Part shown: piece by piece, positions 1-8,475 of the stretch
How the letters are laid out: each line of letters starts with the position of its first letter
Numbering within the stretch: the stretch's first letter is position 1
Assembly: GCA_046582655.1 (NCBI GenBank)
Contig: JAYGDX010000112.1
Coordinates: 1-17,436, forward strand
Origin: Candidatus Poribacteria bacterium
Lineage (GTDB): Bacteria > Poribacteria > WGA-4E > UBA9662
Direction: 5' to 3'
Length of the DNA stretch: 17,436 nt
Notes under the pieces: generated by a model
Told to the model about the DNA's origin: nothing
The model's input: the letters and a program-made list of their open reading frames with translations, nothing else
Databases searched by the model: none
Made by a program: the position numbers and the translations under genes

Positions 1-31
1 ACAGCAAAAGTAATAGACTAATTCGTTTCAT
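1..31 (-). CDS. 5' end of a gene running off the window; signal-peptide-like N-terminus (MKRISLLLLL...)
   Basis: Minus strand reads GAAGGA (RBS, 40-45), an 8-nt spacer, then ATG AAA CGA ATT AGT CTA TTA CTT TTG CTG. This gives a basic n-region followed by a hydrophobic run. Only 10 codons are visible. Confidence 0.6.
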   Translation of the reverse strand, partial: MKRISLLLLL

Positions 32-748
32 ATGATGTATCCTTCAAGTGAAAGATCCCATAGGTATTGTAAAATAATGACATTTGCTGAGTATAAGAAT
101 TGCTCATACCAATCAAGTCCCTGCTGAATGATACTGCTAACCTATTGAAACTAATATACAGCACTTTGTTGGAATATATTAACACTATTACGGATTGAAG
201 TAAAGAGATGGTAGCTAGTGGGGTTTCATGAGGAATACAGGTGATCTGAGACTGGTTTCTGGGCTTAACTGTGAGGGATATATTGCTTTCTTTTGCTGAG
301 TGAGTGGAAAGAGGTCACACCTTCTCTCCTGAATTCGCAAATTACCCATTGATTTGCTACTGTTAATATTTATTCTGATAGATCGTGCAAGCTCACAAAG
401 ACAAGAGGTGAGTTAATTAGAATTGACCCCTATTTCAGGCTACACCCTTCTGGATGGGGGGATATACTTCCATATTTGGCTATAGCTATATGATACCCCC
501 ACAAGGGGTGGACCGCCGTGGCGGTACATACACGGGGGTATTGACCCTCTTCGACTGCTGCTTTTGAGGCAGTTCGATACCGGTTTCTAATTCTGTACTT
601 CACTTATGGCATCTGGATAGGCTACAATCTCTTCGATTAAGGCATGTAAGGCGGCTTTACGGGTTTCTTCTCTTCGCAATTCCAACCCCATCTGGTATAG
701 AAGTGTTGCTAAGAAGCATATTGCGATCTTTTCCAAGTCGAAGGCGAA

Positions 749-1753
749 TTAGAAATTCTTTACTTTAGACCAAGTTGTTGCTAGTTTGCTCATGGTATCA
801 ACTGCTAGTGCTAGCACAATTTCTTTCTTAACATAGTTTTCTAGGATTTCACGTATAACATTACCGCGGTCAGGAGCGGCTTTAGGCGTTTGCCTAACAA
901 CCACAAATCGACCCCCAGTTTGCCTGTTTCTTACGATGACGGGATCATGTTTTTCTCCATCAACTGTTCCTCCCAAACTAACCTCAATTTCCCAATTTCC
1001 ATCAGCATTTATTTGCGATTTTTTCATCGGTCTTGGAGAATTATATTCATTCGGCAAACTAGGAACGTATTTTTTACCATCAGCACTGGGTTTAAAAACA
1101 TCGGCATCTGCGCCTCAGCAATCAAAGTTACTATCGGTGATGGTTTTTAGCCCCTTGTCACCATTTTTTCCTCCACCTTGAGTAACATAGAAAATATAGT
1201 CTGCAGTATTCACAAACATATCACCGCCTTCGAGGAATTTCTCTGCGATTGAATCCTCTTGCTCAACATTGCCAGGTTTATATAGGCTTACAGGAAAGTA
1301 CCCAAAGGTGATGATGATATCAAGTTTATTGTCTGCGGTTCTTTTCTTAGCAAAATTACCAATAGCTGCGTCATTATAAACTTTGATACTTCTGGCAAAT
1401 TTGGTTTTTAGGATTTTTTCAGTATCGGCTTTAGCTGAAGCAACGTTGGTCCAACCAACCGATTCATTAAAAATCCCAATTTCCCCCATGCGGGTGATTT
1501 TTGCCCCAGAAATGGCTCGGTCTCTTTCCTTACTAATCTCTTTTTTAGGATTAGGATTGGTTACCGACTCCGCACTGATCTGTATAGACCCAACTTTACT
1601 CGTTAGCAGAGTTTTAAGTCCTTGTATCTCTTTTCTAAGTAACCTGATTTCTTGTCTGAGTGACTCAGGCTCCATCTCTTTTAAAACAGGCTCATTCTCA
1701 CCACATCCCATCAAAACAATAAAGATCGATAGTAAATAAATAAAATTTCTCAT
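749..1753 (-). pseudogene. Putative lipoprotein (signal peptide II, coiled coil, uncharacterised domain, C-terminal KLATTW motif) interrupted by one in-frame TGA at 1115-1117
   Basis: ORFs 1115..1753 and 749..1057 are in the same frame and the 57 nt between them are open, reading ...TITDSNFDC*GADADVFKPSADGKKYVPSLPNEYNSPRP... The N-terminus MRNFIYLLSIFIVLMGC has a lipobox. The C-terminus is LAVDTMSKLATTWSKVKNF. Confidence 0.8.
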
Positions 1754-1913
1754 CGCTTAGCTCTCAACATCGCACGTGAATTTAATTTTGTAGTGAGTTC
1801 ACCATAATTGTTTTGCAAAAAAGGCTTTACTCGATGCGGACTTTTTGAGTCTTCAGTTTAATAAAACCTTTACTTTTCCAATTGGAATCTTGCTAAAATC
1901 TACATCAAGTTTC

Positions 1914-2183
1914 TTACATAGCTCGATGGACACAATTCACAACGTGTGAAAAATCAATTTCAACATTTTCGGCGATATAACCACGGTCCCGACGGCTGAC
2001 ATTGATATAATCCCGTGATAATTCCCACAACGTTTTGGAAGATAAAGCACCATTATGAACCCCCGAACCTCCAAGCGGGCCTTTTTCAACGATACAGACC
2101 TATTTACCAAAATCCCAAGCTCGCATAGCGGCGGCAACACCGGCTGGTCCGGCACCGATAACGCAGACATCAAATTCTGGCAA
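1914..2183 (-). pseudogene. N-terminal fragment of a pyridine nucleotide-disulfide oxidoreductase family flavoprotein (lipoamide dehydrogenase/soluble transhydrogenase-like)
   Basis: Manual translation from TTG 2183, preceded by RBS AAGGGAGG: MPEFDVCVIGAGPAGVAAAMRAWDFGK*VCIVEKGPLGGSGVHNGALSSKTLWELSRDYINVSRRDRGYIAENVEIDFSHVVNCVHRAM*. It has the FAD-binding GxGxxG...E motif, an in-frame TAG at 2100-2102, and ends after 89 codons, far short of family length. Confidence 0.85.
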
Positions 2184-2251
2184 TCTATCCTCCCTTACGA
2201 TTTTGAATTACAAACTCTAGTTACATCTGTTAAACGCCACATTTGATAAAA

Positions 2252-3733
2252 TTAGATCTTGTCCAAGGGTTTGCAGGGACGTGGTATATGCTGGTATGAG
2301 AAGCGGTGAAGGTCGCTTGATCCTAACCCAGGCGTATCGACATAGAAGCTGGCACGCAGAATCGGATCATAAGCGGCTTTGTATGCAGCCGCAGCTTTGA
2401 TCCCAATCATATAAAGCTGTTCGGGAATGATTCCTTGGCTTCGCAGTTGTCCTAGGTCCATAGGCGGTGTTTTTACTGTCGTTAGCAGAATGTAGATCCC
2501 ATGATGTTTTACCACTGCCGATGGCCCCATATCAACGCGACGACCAACGAGAGAAGCAAAATGAGATTTAGGATTTTCCAAACTAAATTTCCCGTCTGTT
2601 TTCCCTCCAAGAGTGACCAGTAATTCTAATGTAGGACCATGAAAATCGTCCACTTTTCCCCCAATAGGTAGGATCAGCTCACTCCCGATATCCAAGCCAT
2701 GACAAACCTCAACGGCTACGGGGTCACTGATGATTACTGCGCAGTTCTTAATTTTGTACTTAATGAAAGCTTGTAGAATACCGGTACCATCCCCCGGCGT
2801 GCCTCCACCAATGTTATCGGATGGTTCAATAATACCAATTGGTCCATCCGGGATCTGCATTGCTTCAAGCATCACTTGATCAATCGGAGTGTCAAGTGGA
2901 TTTCCCTGTTCTGCCTGTTGGAGCGCGGTTTCTGCCAGCGGCTGTAATAATCGATGTGCCTGCTCAGGATCTCCGATCGTTGTTGCACAAAACGAAACAC
3001 CAGCGCAAGGAACATCCGCATAAGCGAAACCAGGCAAGACACACACCTCGAGCAAGTCGGGAAATTCTGACTCAAGTTGACGAGCCATTTGCAACAATGT
3101 GCGCATCGGTTCCATCGCACTGGCAGTCCCTCTTGGTGAATAAAGAACTGCTGGTTTTATGGCTGTAACCTGAGGACGCTTTTTAGAGGTTATTACCTGG
3201 TCGAGCAGTTGGGCTATACGCACCCCTGCGGCATATGCATCTGTATGGGGGTTTTCTCGATAGCTGGCAAAGATCGATCCGTAGCATGCCATGTCGTAAC
3301 TGAAGTTGGCATGTAAATCGAGTACCACGGCGATAGGACAATCTCCGACTACGTTTCGCAAACGTCGAAGAATCTCTCCCTCACCGTCTGTAAACGATTC
3401 GAAGACCATGGCACCATGCAGAACCAGTAAAATTCCATCCAGATTAGTATGTTGTTTAAGATCCTGCTGGACTTGAGCCCACCAGCTTTCCAGTAACGCG
3501 TCATCAACAATCCCAGCTGGCAATGCTCCACCATAGCTGGAGGTAGTATACTCCCACCCCAGTGAATCTGCTACAGACAAAACTCCGCTCATCGGCGAAA
3601 TGTCGCCACGACAACGTACAAGTACATCTTCCCCATGCAACCATATTAATTCTTCGAAATCCACCAGGGTTGTCCGACTTGCTGAGAAAGTATGTGTTTC
3701 GTGTACAAGACCTGCGATTAACACTTTTTTCAT
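2252..3733 (-). CDS. M81 family metallopeptidase (MlrC-like)
   Basis: Motifs HETHTFS, LHGAMV, DLHAN, YRENPHTD and SDNIGGGTPGD are typical of MlrC/M81. About 493 aa from the ATG at 3733; the ORF track starts at TTG 3760. Confidence 0.9.
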   Translation of the reverse strand: MKKVLIAGLVHETHTFSASRTTLVDFEELIWLHGEDVLVRCRGDISPMSGVLSVADSLGWEYTTSSYGGALPAGIVDDALLESWWAQVQQDLKQHTNLDGILLVLHGAMVFESFTDGEGEILRRLRNVVGDCPIAVVLDLHANFSYDMACYGSIFASYRENPHTDAYAAGVRIAQLLDQVITSKKRPQVTAIKPAVLYSPRGTASAMEPMRTLLQMARQLESEFPDLLEVCVLPGFAYADVPCAGVSFCATTIGDPEQAHRLLQPLAETALQQAEQGNPLDTPIDQVMLEAMQIPDGPIGIIEPSDNIGGGTPGDGTGILQAFIKYKIKNCAVIISDPVAVEVCHGLDIGSELILPIGGKVDDFHGPTLELLVTLGGKTDGKFSLENPKSHFASLVGRRVDMGPSAVVKHHGIYILLTTVKTPPMDLGQLRSQGIIPEQLYMIGIKAAAAYKAAYDPILRASFYVDTPGLGSSDLHRFSYQHIPRPCKPLDKI

Positions 3734-3760
3734 TTTCTCGTTTGTTCCCGTAAAGTCCAA

Positions 3761-4820
3761 TTAAAGTGGAAGAGAAATCTGTTTCCCTTGTTCTTGCGAA
3801 CGATAAACTGCTTCAGCCAGTTCAATACCTGCCCGGCCAATCCGACCATCGGTCGTAGGTACTCCTTCACCAGCTACACACTTCAACCAGTGATCACAAT
3901 ACTTGCTCCCTTGGCATAAACACTCCAATATCGCTGTTTCCTTCGATCATCCGGCAACGTGCAGTATGTATCATCATCAGGTACAGGAGCAATAAACTCT
4001 TCAGAGGTTTCCATACGGTGCGTTTTCCAGCGAAGGCCATGGCTAAGCAGTGTGGCAGATCCTTTACTGCCGACCATTTCGTTTCCACTGTGCCCGACTT
4101 CAGCTGCCCAACTTTTGATCATCATACCGATACCACCGTTTTGACATGTATGATGGCTGCCGCGTTATTCTCGACAGCTTGTTCTGGTAACGGATATGTC
4201 CCACCGGGCGGAACATGACTGGTATACCCATAAACCGATGTTGCCTCACCATAAAGCCACAACCAGAGATCAAGATGATGAATTGCTTGTTCAACCAGCA
4301 TGCCACCCGATTCCTGCTGAATGAAAAGCCAAGGGTGCTGTGGTCGAAACCAACCAATCTGATTAGAGTAGGCCATCTGTAATGTCCCCAGTGTCTCGTC
4401 ATCCAGCAACTCTTTCAGCTTGGCTTGTCTGGGATCAAATCGCATCATGTAGGCAACCTGAAGTAAAATATTTGCCTTTTCCGCGGCTGCGACCATCTGA
4501 TTCCCTTCGTCCACGTTCCAGCACATTGGCTTCTCCATCAAGACATGCTTGCCAGCAGCGGCGGCTGCCAACGTAATTTCAAGGTGAGGTGCTGGATGGC
4601 AACAGACGTCGATCGCGTCGACATCTGCCTGATCAAGGAGTTGACGGTAACCAGTGTATGCTCGAGCATTAAAACGTTTGGCTTGCTCGTTTGCACTGTC
4701 TGCATCCAGATCAGCTACCGCTACAATGTCTGAGCGTCGATTAGGTTCTTCATAATATGGAGCGTGCAAGTTCCGAAAAATCCCGCCGCAGCCAATCACA
4801 CTGACCTTAATCTTATCCAT
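3761..4820 (-). pseudogene. Gfo/Idh/MocA family NAD(P)-dependent oxidoreductase, two frameshifts
   Basis: Motifs VIGCGGI, KHVLMEKP and GGMLVEQAIHHLD; RBS GAAGGGAG precedes ATG 4820. The frame is lost at ~4140 (A-run one base short, ...IHVK/NGGIGMMIKSW...) and again at ~3897 (apparent 2-nt insertion, ...GASI/DHWLKCVAGEGVPTTDGRIGRAGIELAEAVYRSQEQGKQISLPL*). Stop at 3761-3763. Confidence 0.85.
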
Positions 4821-4857
4821 CTTACTTTCTCCCTTCAATATCAATATGTCCCCAAAA

Positions 4858-6024
4858 TTAATCCCAAAATGGTGTCAGCCATTCTTCCTCGATATGCAGA
4901 CCAAAACCAGGTCCACTATTGGGTTTAATCCAACTTTGCTCCGGTATGGTCTCACCTTCAATCTGCCGAGTTTCGCTGAGTGGCACACCAGGAGGTGATC
5001 CCACAAAATATTCGACCCAAGGTGTGTTTGGCATGGCAGCAGATAAGTGGAGTCCGTATTGGTGTAAACCCCCACCGTGAAAGATCACGGTTAGACCTGC
5101 GGCCTCCGCCAAGTGGCAGATCTTAACGCATTCGGTAATACCACCCACCCAGAACACATCCGGTTGCAAAATATCCAAACAACGCTTTTCAATCATCTGC
5201 TTGAAAGGCCAACGTGTGTAAAGATGCTCCCCACTGGCGAGCGAGACCCAGTCCAATGCCCGCCGGACTTGTACATGACCATCCATATCTTCTGGAATAA
5301 GGAATTCTTCAATCCATTTCAATTTATATGGACGTAATCTCTCTGCCAACCGAATGGTATATTCAACATCAAACGCCATGTAGCAATCCAACATGATCTC
5401 AACGTTATCACCAACTAACTGGCGAGTTTGATCAACTAACTTTTCGTTTTCTTGCAGGCCCCAAAGCCCATCAGTAGGACCATAAGGACAAGCCAATTTG
5501 ACTGCCTCAAACCCGAGTTCAATTTGCCAATCAGTATCGTTGCCGGTAGCGTACGCAAAGAGCTTATTACGAACAGCCCCACCAAGCAGCTCGTAAACAG
5601 GCTGATCTTTAATTTTTCCAATCAGATCCCATATTGCCAAGTCAACCCCACTCATTGCGCAAGCTGTTAACCCCAAAGAACCATAGGGTTTCGACATGCG
5701 AAACATCATATCCGATATTTTCTCAACTGCAAAACAACTTTCACCTACCAGCATAGGGGCAAAATGATCATCGATAATAGCTGCAACAGGTCGACCGAAT
5801 GAAGTCTGTCCTAATCCCCAAGTCCCGTCTTCAGCAGTCACTTTTACGTATACCACTCCCCAATTCGGCATCCAACTTGATCGATGCCGTTTATATTGAG
5901 GGTATTTTGACATGGGGTTGGCAACCTCAGCATCCGCCGCCCACGAGGGACGACGTGCAGGCGTCTGACTGGATCCTGATGAAGGAACATTCAGCTGTAC
6001 AGTTTTTATTTCTTTGATTTCCAT
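4858..6024 (-). CDS. rhmD: L-rhamnonate dehydratase-like protein (enolase superfamily, mandelate racemase subgroup)
   Basis: RhmD-type N-terminal VANPMSKYPQYKRHRSSW, then SGVDLAIWDL, KLACPYGP, metal ligands in MLDCYM / WIEE / GEH, and QPD. RBS AGGAGG upstream. The substrate is inferred from family only. Confidence 0.8.
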   Translation of the reverse strand: MEIKEIKTVQLNVPSSGSSQTPARRPSWAADAEVANPMSKYPQYKRHRSSWMPNWGVVYVKVTAEDGTWGLGQTSFGRPVAAIIDDHFAPMLVGESCFAVEKISDMMFRMSKPYGSLGLTACAMSGVDLAIWDLIGKIKDQPVYELLGGAVRNKLFAYATGNDTDWQIELGFEAVKLACPYGPTDGLWGLQENEKLVDQTRQLVGDNVEIMLDCYMAFDVEYTIRLAERLRPYKLKWIEEFLIPEDMDGHVQVRRALDWVSLASGEHLYTRWPFKQMIEKRCLDILQPDVFWVGGITECVKICHLAEAAGLTVIFHGGGLHQYGLHLSAAMPNTPWVEYFVGSPPGVPLSETRQIEGETIPEQSWIKPNSGPGFGLHIEEEWLTPFWD

Positions 6025-6273
6025 TTAAACCCTCCTAACTGATGTATGAAATTTCCAATAAAATCACATTGTCTCCAAACGATGCCTAACCACTTTACTC
6101 CATTCGATTTTCCAACCGGCGAAATGATCTAGCTTTGACTATCATCCACACAGCGTGTTCTCCTACGATTAATCCAGGGAATCTATAACGGATTTTAAAT
6201 CTAAAACAGGCTAAATATCAGCATCAATCATGGATTTTGCATAATCATAACTCATTAATTCTTTTCGCTACCA

Positions 6274-7307
6274 TTACGCAATTATATCGTCCAAGTTGGT
6301 CATCACTCTTTCAAACGCAGCGATATACAACTTCATCAAACCCAGATCATTCGGTGGATTGACATCATAAATATAAAAGTGTGAATCGATGAAAGCCGTG
6401 GCAACCGGGTAATCTTCCTGTCGGTATTCGATGGGTCTTCCGTAACCACAGGTCCACGGACATCCTTTTCCATAACCAATTTGAGTTTGACAGATTTCTT
6501 GTGCTGGAACTGGTGTTCTTTGCCATTGCCCCACATTCATACCTTACTGCCGTTATGGAACATAAGGCGGTTCAATTCCTTCGATTCTTGACAGATGTTC
6601 GGTCAAAAAATTGCAGTTTTGGACACGTAAAGCGTTATTTGAGTCTAACCTCTTTGCTGACTGCGAGCAAACACCTGACCGAAAACATCACCATGGTACA
6701 TCCATCCCAAACCGTAGGCATTGTATTCTTGTTCCTGTCTTTCTCTACCTGGGACAACCAATTCACCGAAATATTAGAGTAACCCTGCTTGCTTGTGGTA
6801 AAGTTCATCGTCGGTGACAAAAAGGCCTCCTTCACTTCCGGTAGTCAACGTTTTCGACATCTACACCTACATGCTGAAACCTGCAACATCTCCCATGGCT
6901 CCACACAGTCTACCCTTGTATTTTGATCCGTGGGACTGAGCACCATCTTCGATAACCTTGAGATTATGCTGATCGGCAATTTGGAGAACGGCATCCACGT
7001 CTGTAGGCATACCATGAATATGAACTGGCAGAATAACCCCATCACTAGGACCAATATCCAGAGCAGCCACACACATATGTAGTGCGGCTGTACCACTGTT
7101 AGTAGGGATGCAGTACTTACGTCCCATGAACGTAGCCCATTCTTGCGATAATTGCTCCGACTGAATCCTGCGTTGGTCCCCGATAGAGTCTCCTGTAAGT
7201 ACCTCCATCACAGCTTCTCAGTCAGCATCAGTAATCTGAGGCCAAGACTTTATCATCCCAGCTGGAATGATTGGTTCACCGTTGTGAATTGCAAGTTGTT
7301 CTGGCAT
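6274..7307 (-). pseudogene. DegT/DnrJ/EryC1/StrS family PLP-dependent aminotransferase, heavily degraded
   Basis: RBS CAGGAG and ATG 7307 (MPEQLAIHNGEP...). Motifs NSGTAALH, PVHIHG, IEDGAQSHG and SKTLTTGSEGG (PLP Lys). In-frame stops at 7218, 6867, 6861, 6774, 6553 and 6544, a frameshift at ~6655, and apparent internal deletions at ~7032 and ~6550. Confidence 0.9.
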
Positions 7308-7358
7308 AGGTCAGCTCCTGTTCATTAAATTGCAGTTAACGTAGCTGATTTTGGTTTG

Positions 7359-8450
7359 TCAATTGGCATGTAGTGACTTATTTAATTCAATGATTTTTTT
7401 GTTCGGTTTGCAAAGAATTTGACCGGTTCTAGAATCTCTGATGAATAGGCAATATTCTCTACCTGACAGTTGCATGGCCTTAAAAATATTCTGCCCTTCT
7501 TCAACACGCTCGTCCTCTAAATTGATGGGTCGGTCTTTTTCGTCAACCAGGGAGATCTTCATGCCGGCGGTGATGTAGAGGCCTGCTTCGACCGTGCATC
7601 CTTTGCCTAGAGAAATACCAATACCTGCATTGGCACCAAGGAGGCAATTATCAGCCACGGAAATGACATGTTCGTTTCCACCTGAAAGCGTCCCCATAAT
7701 CGAAGCTCCACCGCCGATATCAGTGTCATCACCGATAAACACCCCGGCGGAGATACGTCCTTCGATCATCGCGCTTCCACTTGAACCCGCATTAAAATTG
7801 ACATAACCGGTGGGCATAACGGTTGTTCCATGACCAAGATGGGCACCAAGTCTTACTTGGCTACCTGACACAATTCTGACACCTTCGGGGAGATGATAAT
7901 TAACCAGGTATGGAAACTTGTCGACATGGGTGATCTGAAGCGTATCGCCTTTGCAAAGTGAATCCCAACGGATTTGTGGAACATCTTCAGGCAGTAGTGG
8001 GCCTTGATTCGACCAAGCGACGTTGGTGAGTTTCCCAAAGGCTCCATCCATTGATACATCGTGCGGTTTGGCAGTACGGTGAGATAAGCAGTGCAACTTG
8101 AAATAGGCCTCCTCAGCTGACTCCACGCTCTGCTTGGGATCATATAAAACCATCAGGACAATATCGGTTTCATGGTAGGAATCTTTGAGGGATTGGAAGT
8201 TAGCAAACTGCTTTAATACCTTAATGAAGGACAATTCACCTTCTTCAGTCTGAATAAGATGTTTAATTACCTTCTTCAACAGTTCACTATTGACTGAGAC
8301 AAAACCGTTCTGAGATGGAAAATCTGAGTATAGTTCTAGAAAAGCGTTGCTAGTTCCTGCTCCTTTTTGAGGCTCAGCAAAAGTTACGTCCAGAGTTACT
8401 TGGCAACGTTTTCGCCTGAAACCAATACCTAATGCCCAAAGGGTATCCAT
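7359..8450 (-). CDS. dapD: 2,3,4,5-tetrahydropyridine-2,6-dicarboxylate N-succinyltransferase (long Actinobacteria/Pseudomonas/Campylobacterota-type DapD)
   Basis: Motifs AYFKLHCLSHR..KPH, LTNVAWSNQGP, VDKFP, VRLGAHL, VNFNAG, EGRISAGV, DIGGGASIMGTLSGG, VEAGLYITAG and the C-terminal IELNKSLHAN. ATG 8450 has a GGAG RBS; TTG 8468 is an alternative start. Confidence 0.93.
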   Translation of the reverse strand: MDTLWALGIGFRRKRCQVTLDVTFAEPQKGAGTSNAFLELYSDFPSQNGFVSVNSELLKKVIKHLIQTEEGELSFIKVLKQFANFQSLKDSYHETDIVLMVLYDPKQSVESAEEAYFKLHCLSHRTAKPHDVSMDGAFGKLTNVAWSNQGPLLPEDVPQIRWDSLCKGDTLQITHVDKFPYLVNYHLPEGVRIVSGSQVRLGAHLGHGTTVMPTGYVNFNAGSSGSAMIEGRISAGVFIGDDTDIGGGASIMGTLSGGNEHVISVADNCLLGANAGIGISLGKGCTVEAGLYITAGMKISLVDEKDRPINLEDERVEEGQNIFKAMQLSGREYCLFIRDSRTGQILCKPNKKIIELNKSLHAN

Positions 8451-8475
8451 TTGTTTCTCCAAGATCAATCTTTCC

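Noticed and set aside
491..543. CsoR/RcnR-type operator (TACCC...GGGTA)
   Set aside because: The arm spacing does not fit the compact operator, and no metal-homeostasis gene is identifiable nearby. Retained only as part of the structured-element finding.
1815..1872. Imperfect inverted repeat (AAAGGCTTTA/TAAAACCTTT) as a terminator or sRNA
   Set aside because: The AT-rich arms with a long loop are too weak to distinguish from chance.
1937..2246. ORF-track entries 1937..2173 (-) and 2055..2246 (+) as genes
   Set aside because: They are off-frame or antisense shadows of the flavoprotein pseudogene, which has the RBS and recognisable motifs.
4122..4145. Programmed ribosomal frameshifting in the Gfo/Idh/MocA gene (and likewise in the ADP-kinase)
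   Set aside because: No canonical slippery heptamer with a stimulatory hairpin, and each gene would need two separate shifts.
6030..6270. RBS-like AGGAG plus a short GTG ORF (MWMIVKARSFRRLENRME) upstream of the dehydratase
   Set aside because: Only 18 codons with no recognisable similarity, so it cannot be supported as a leader peptide or gene remnant.
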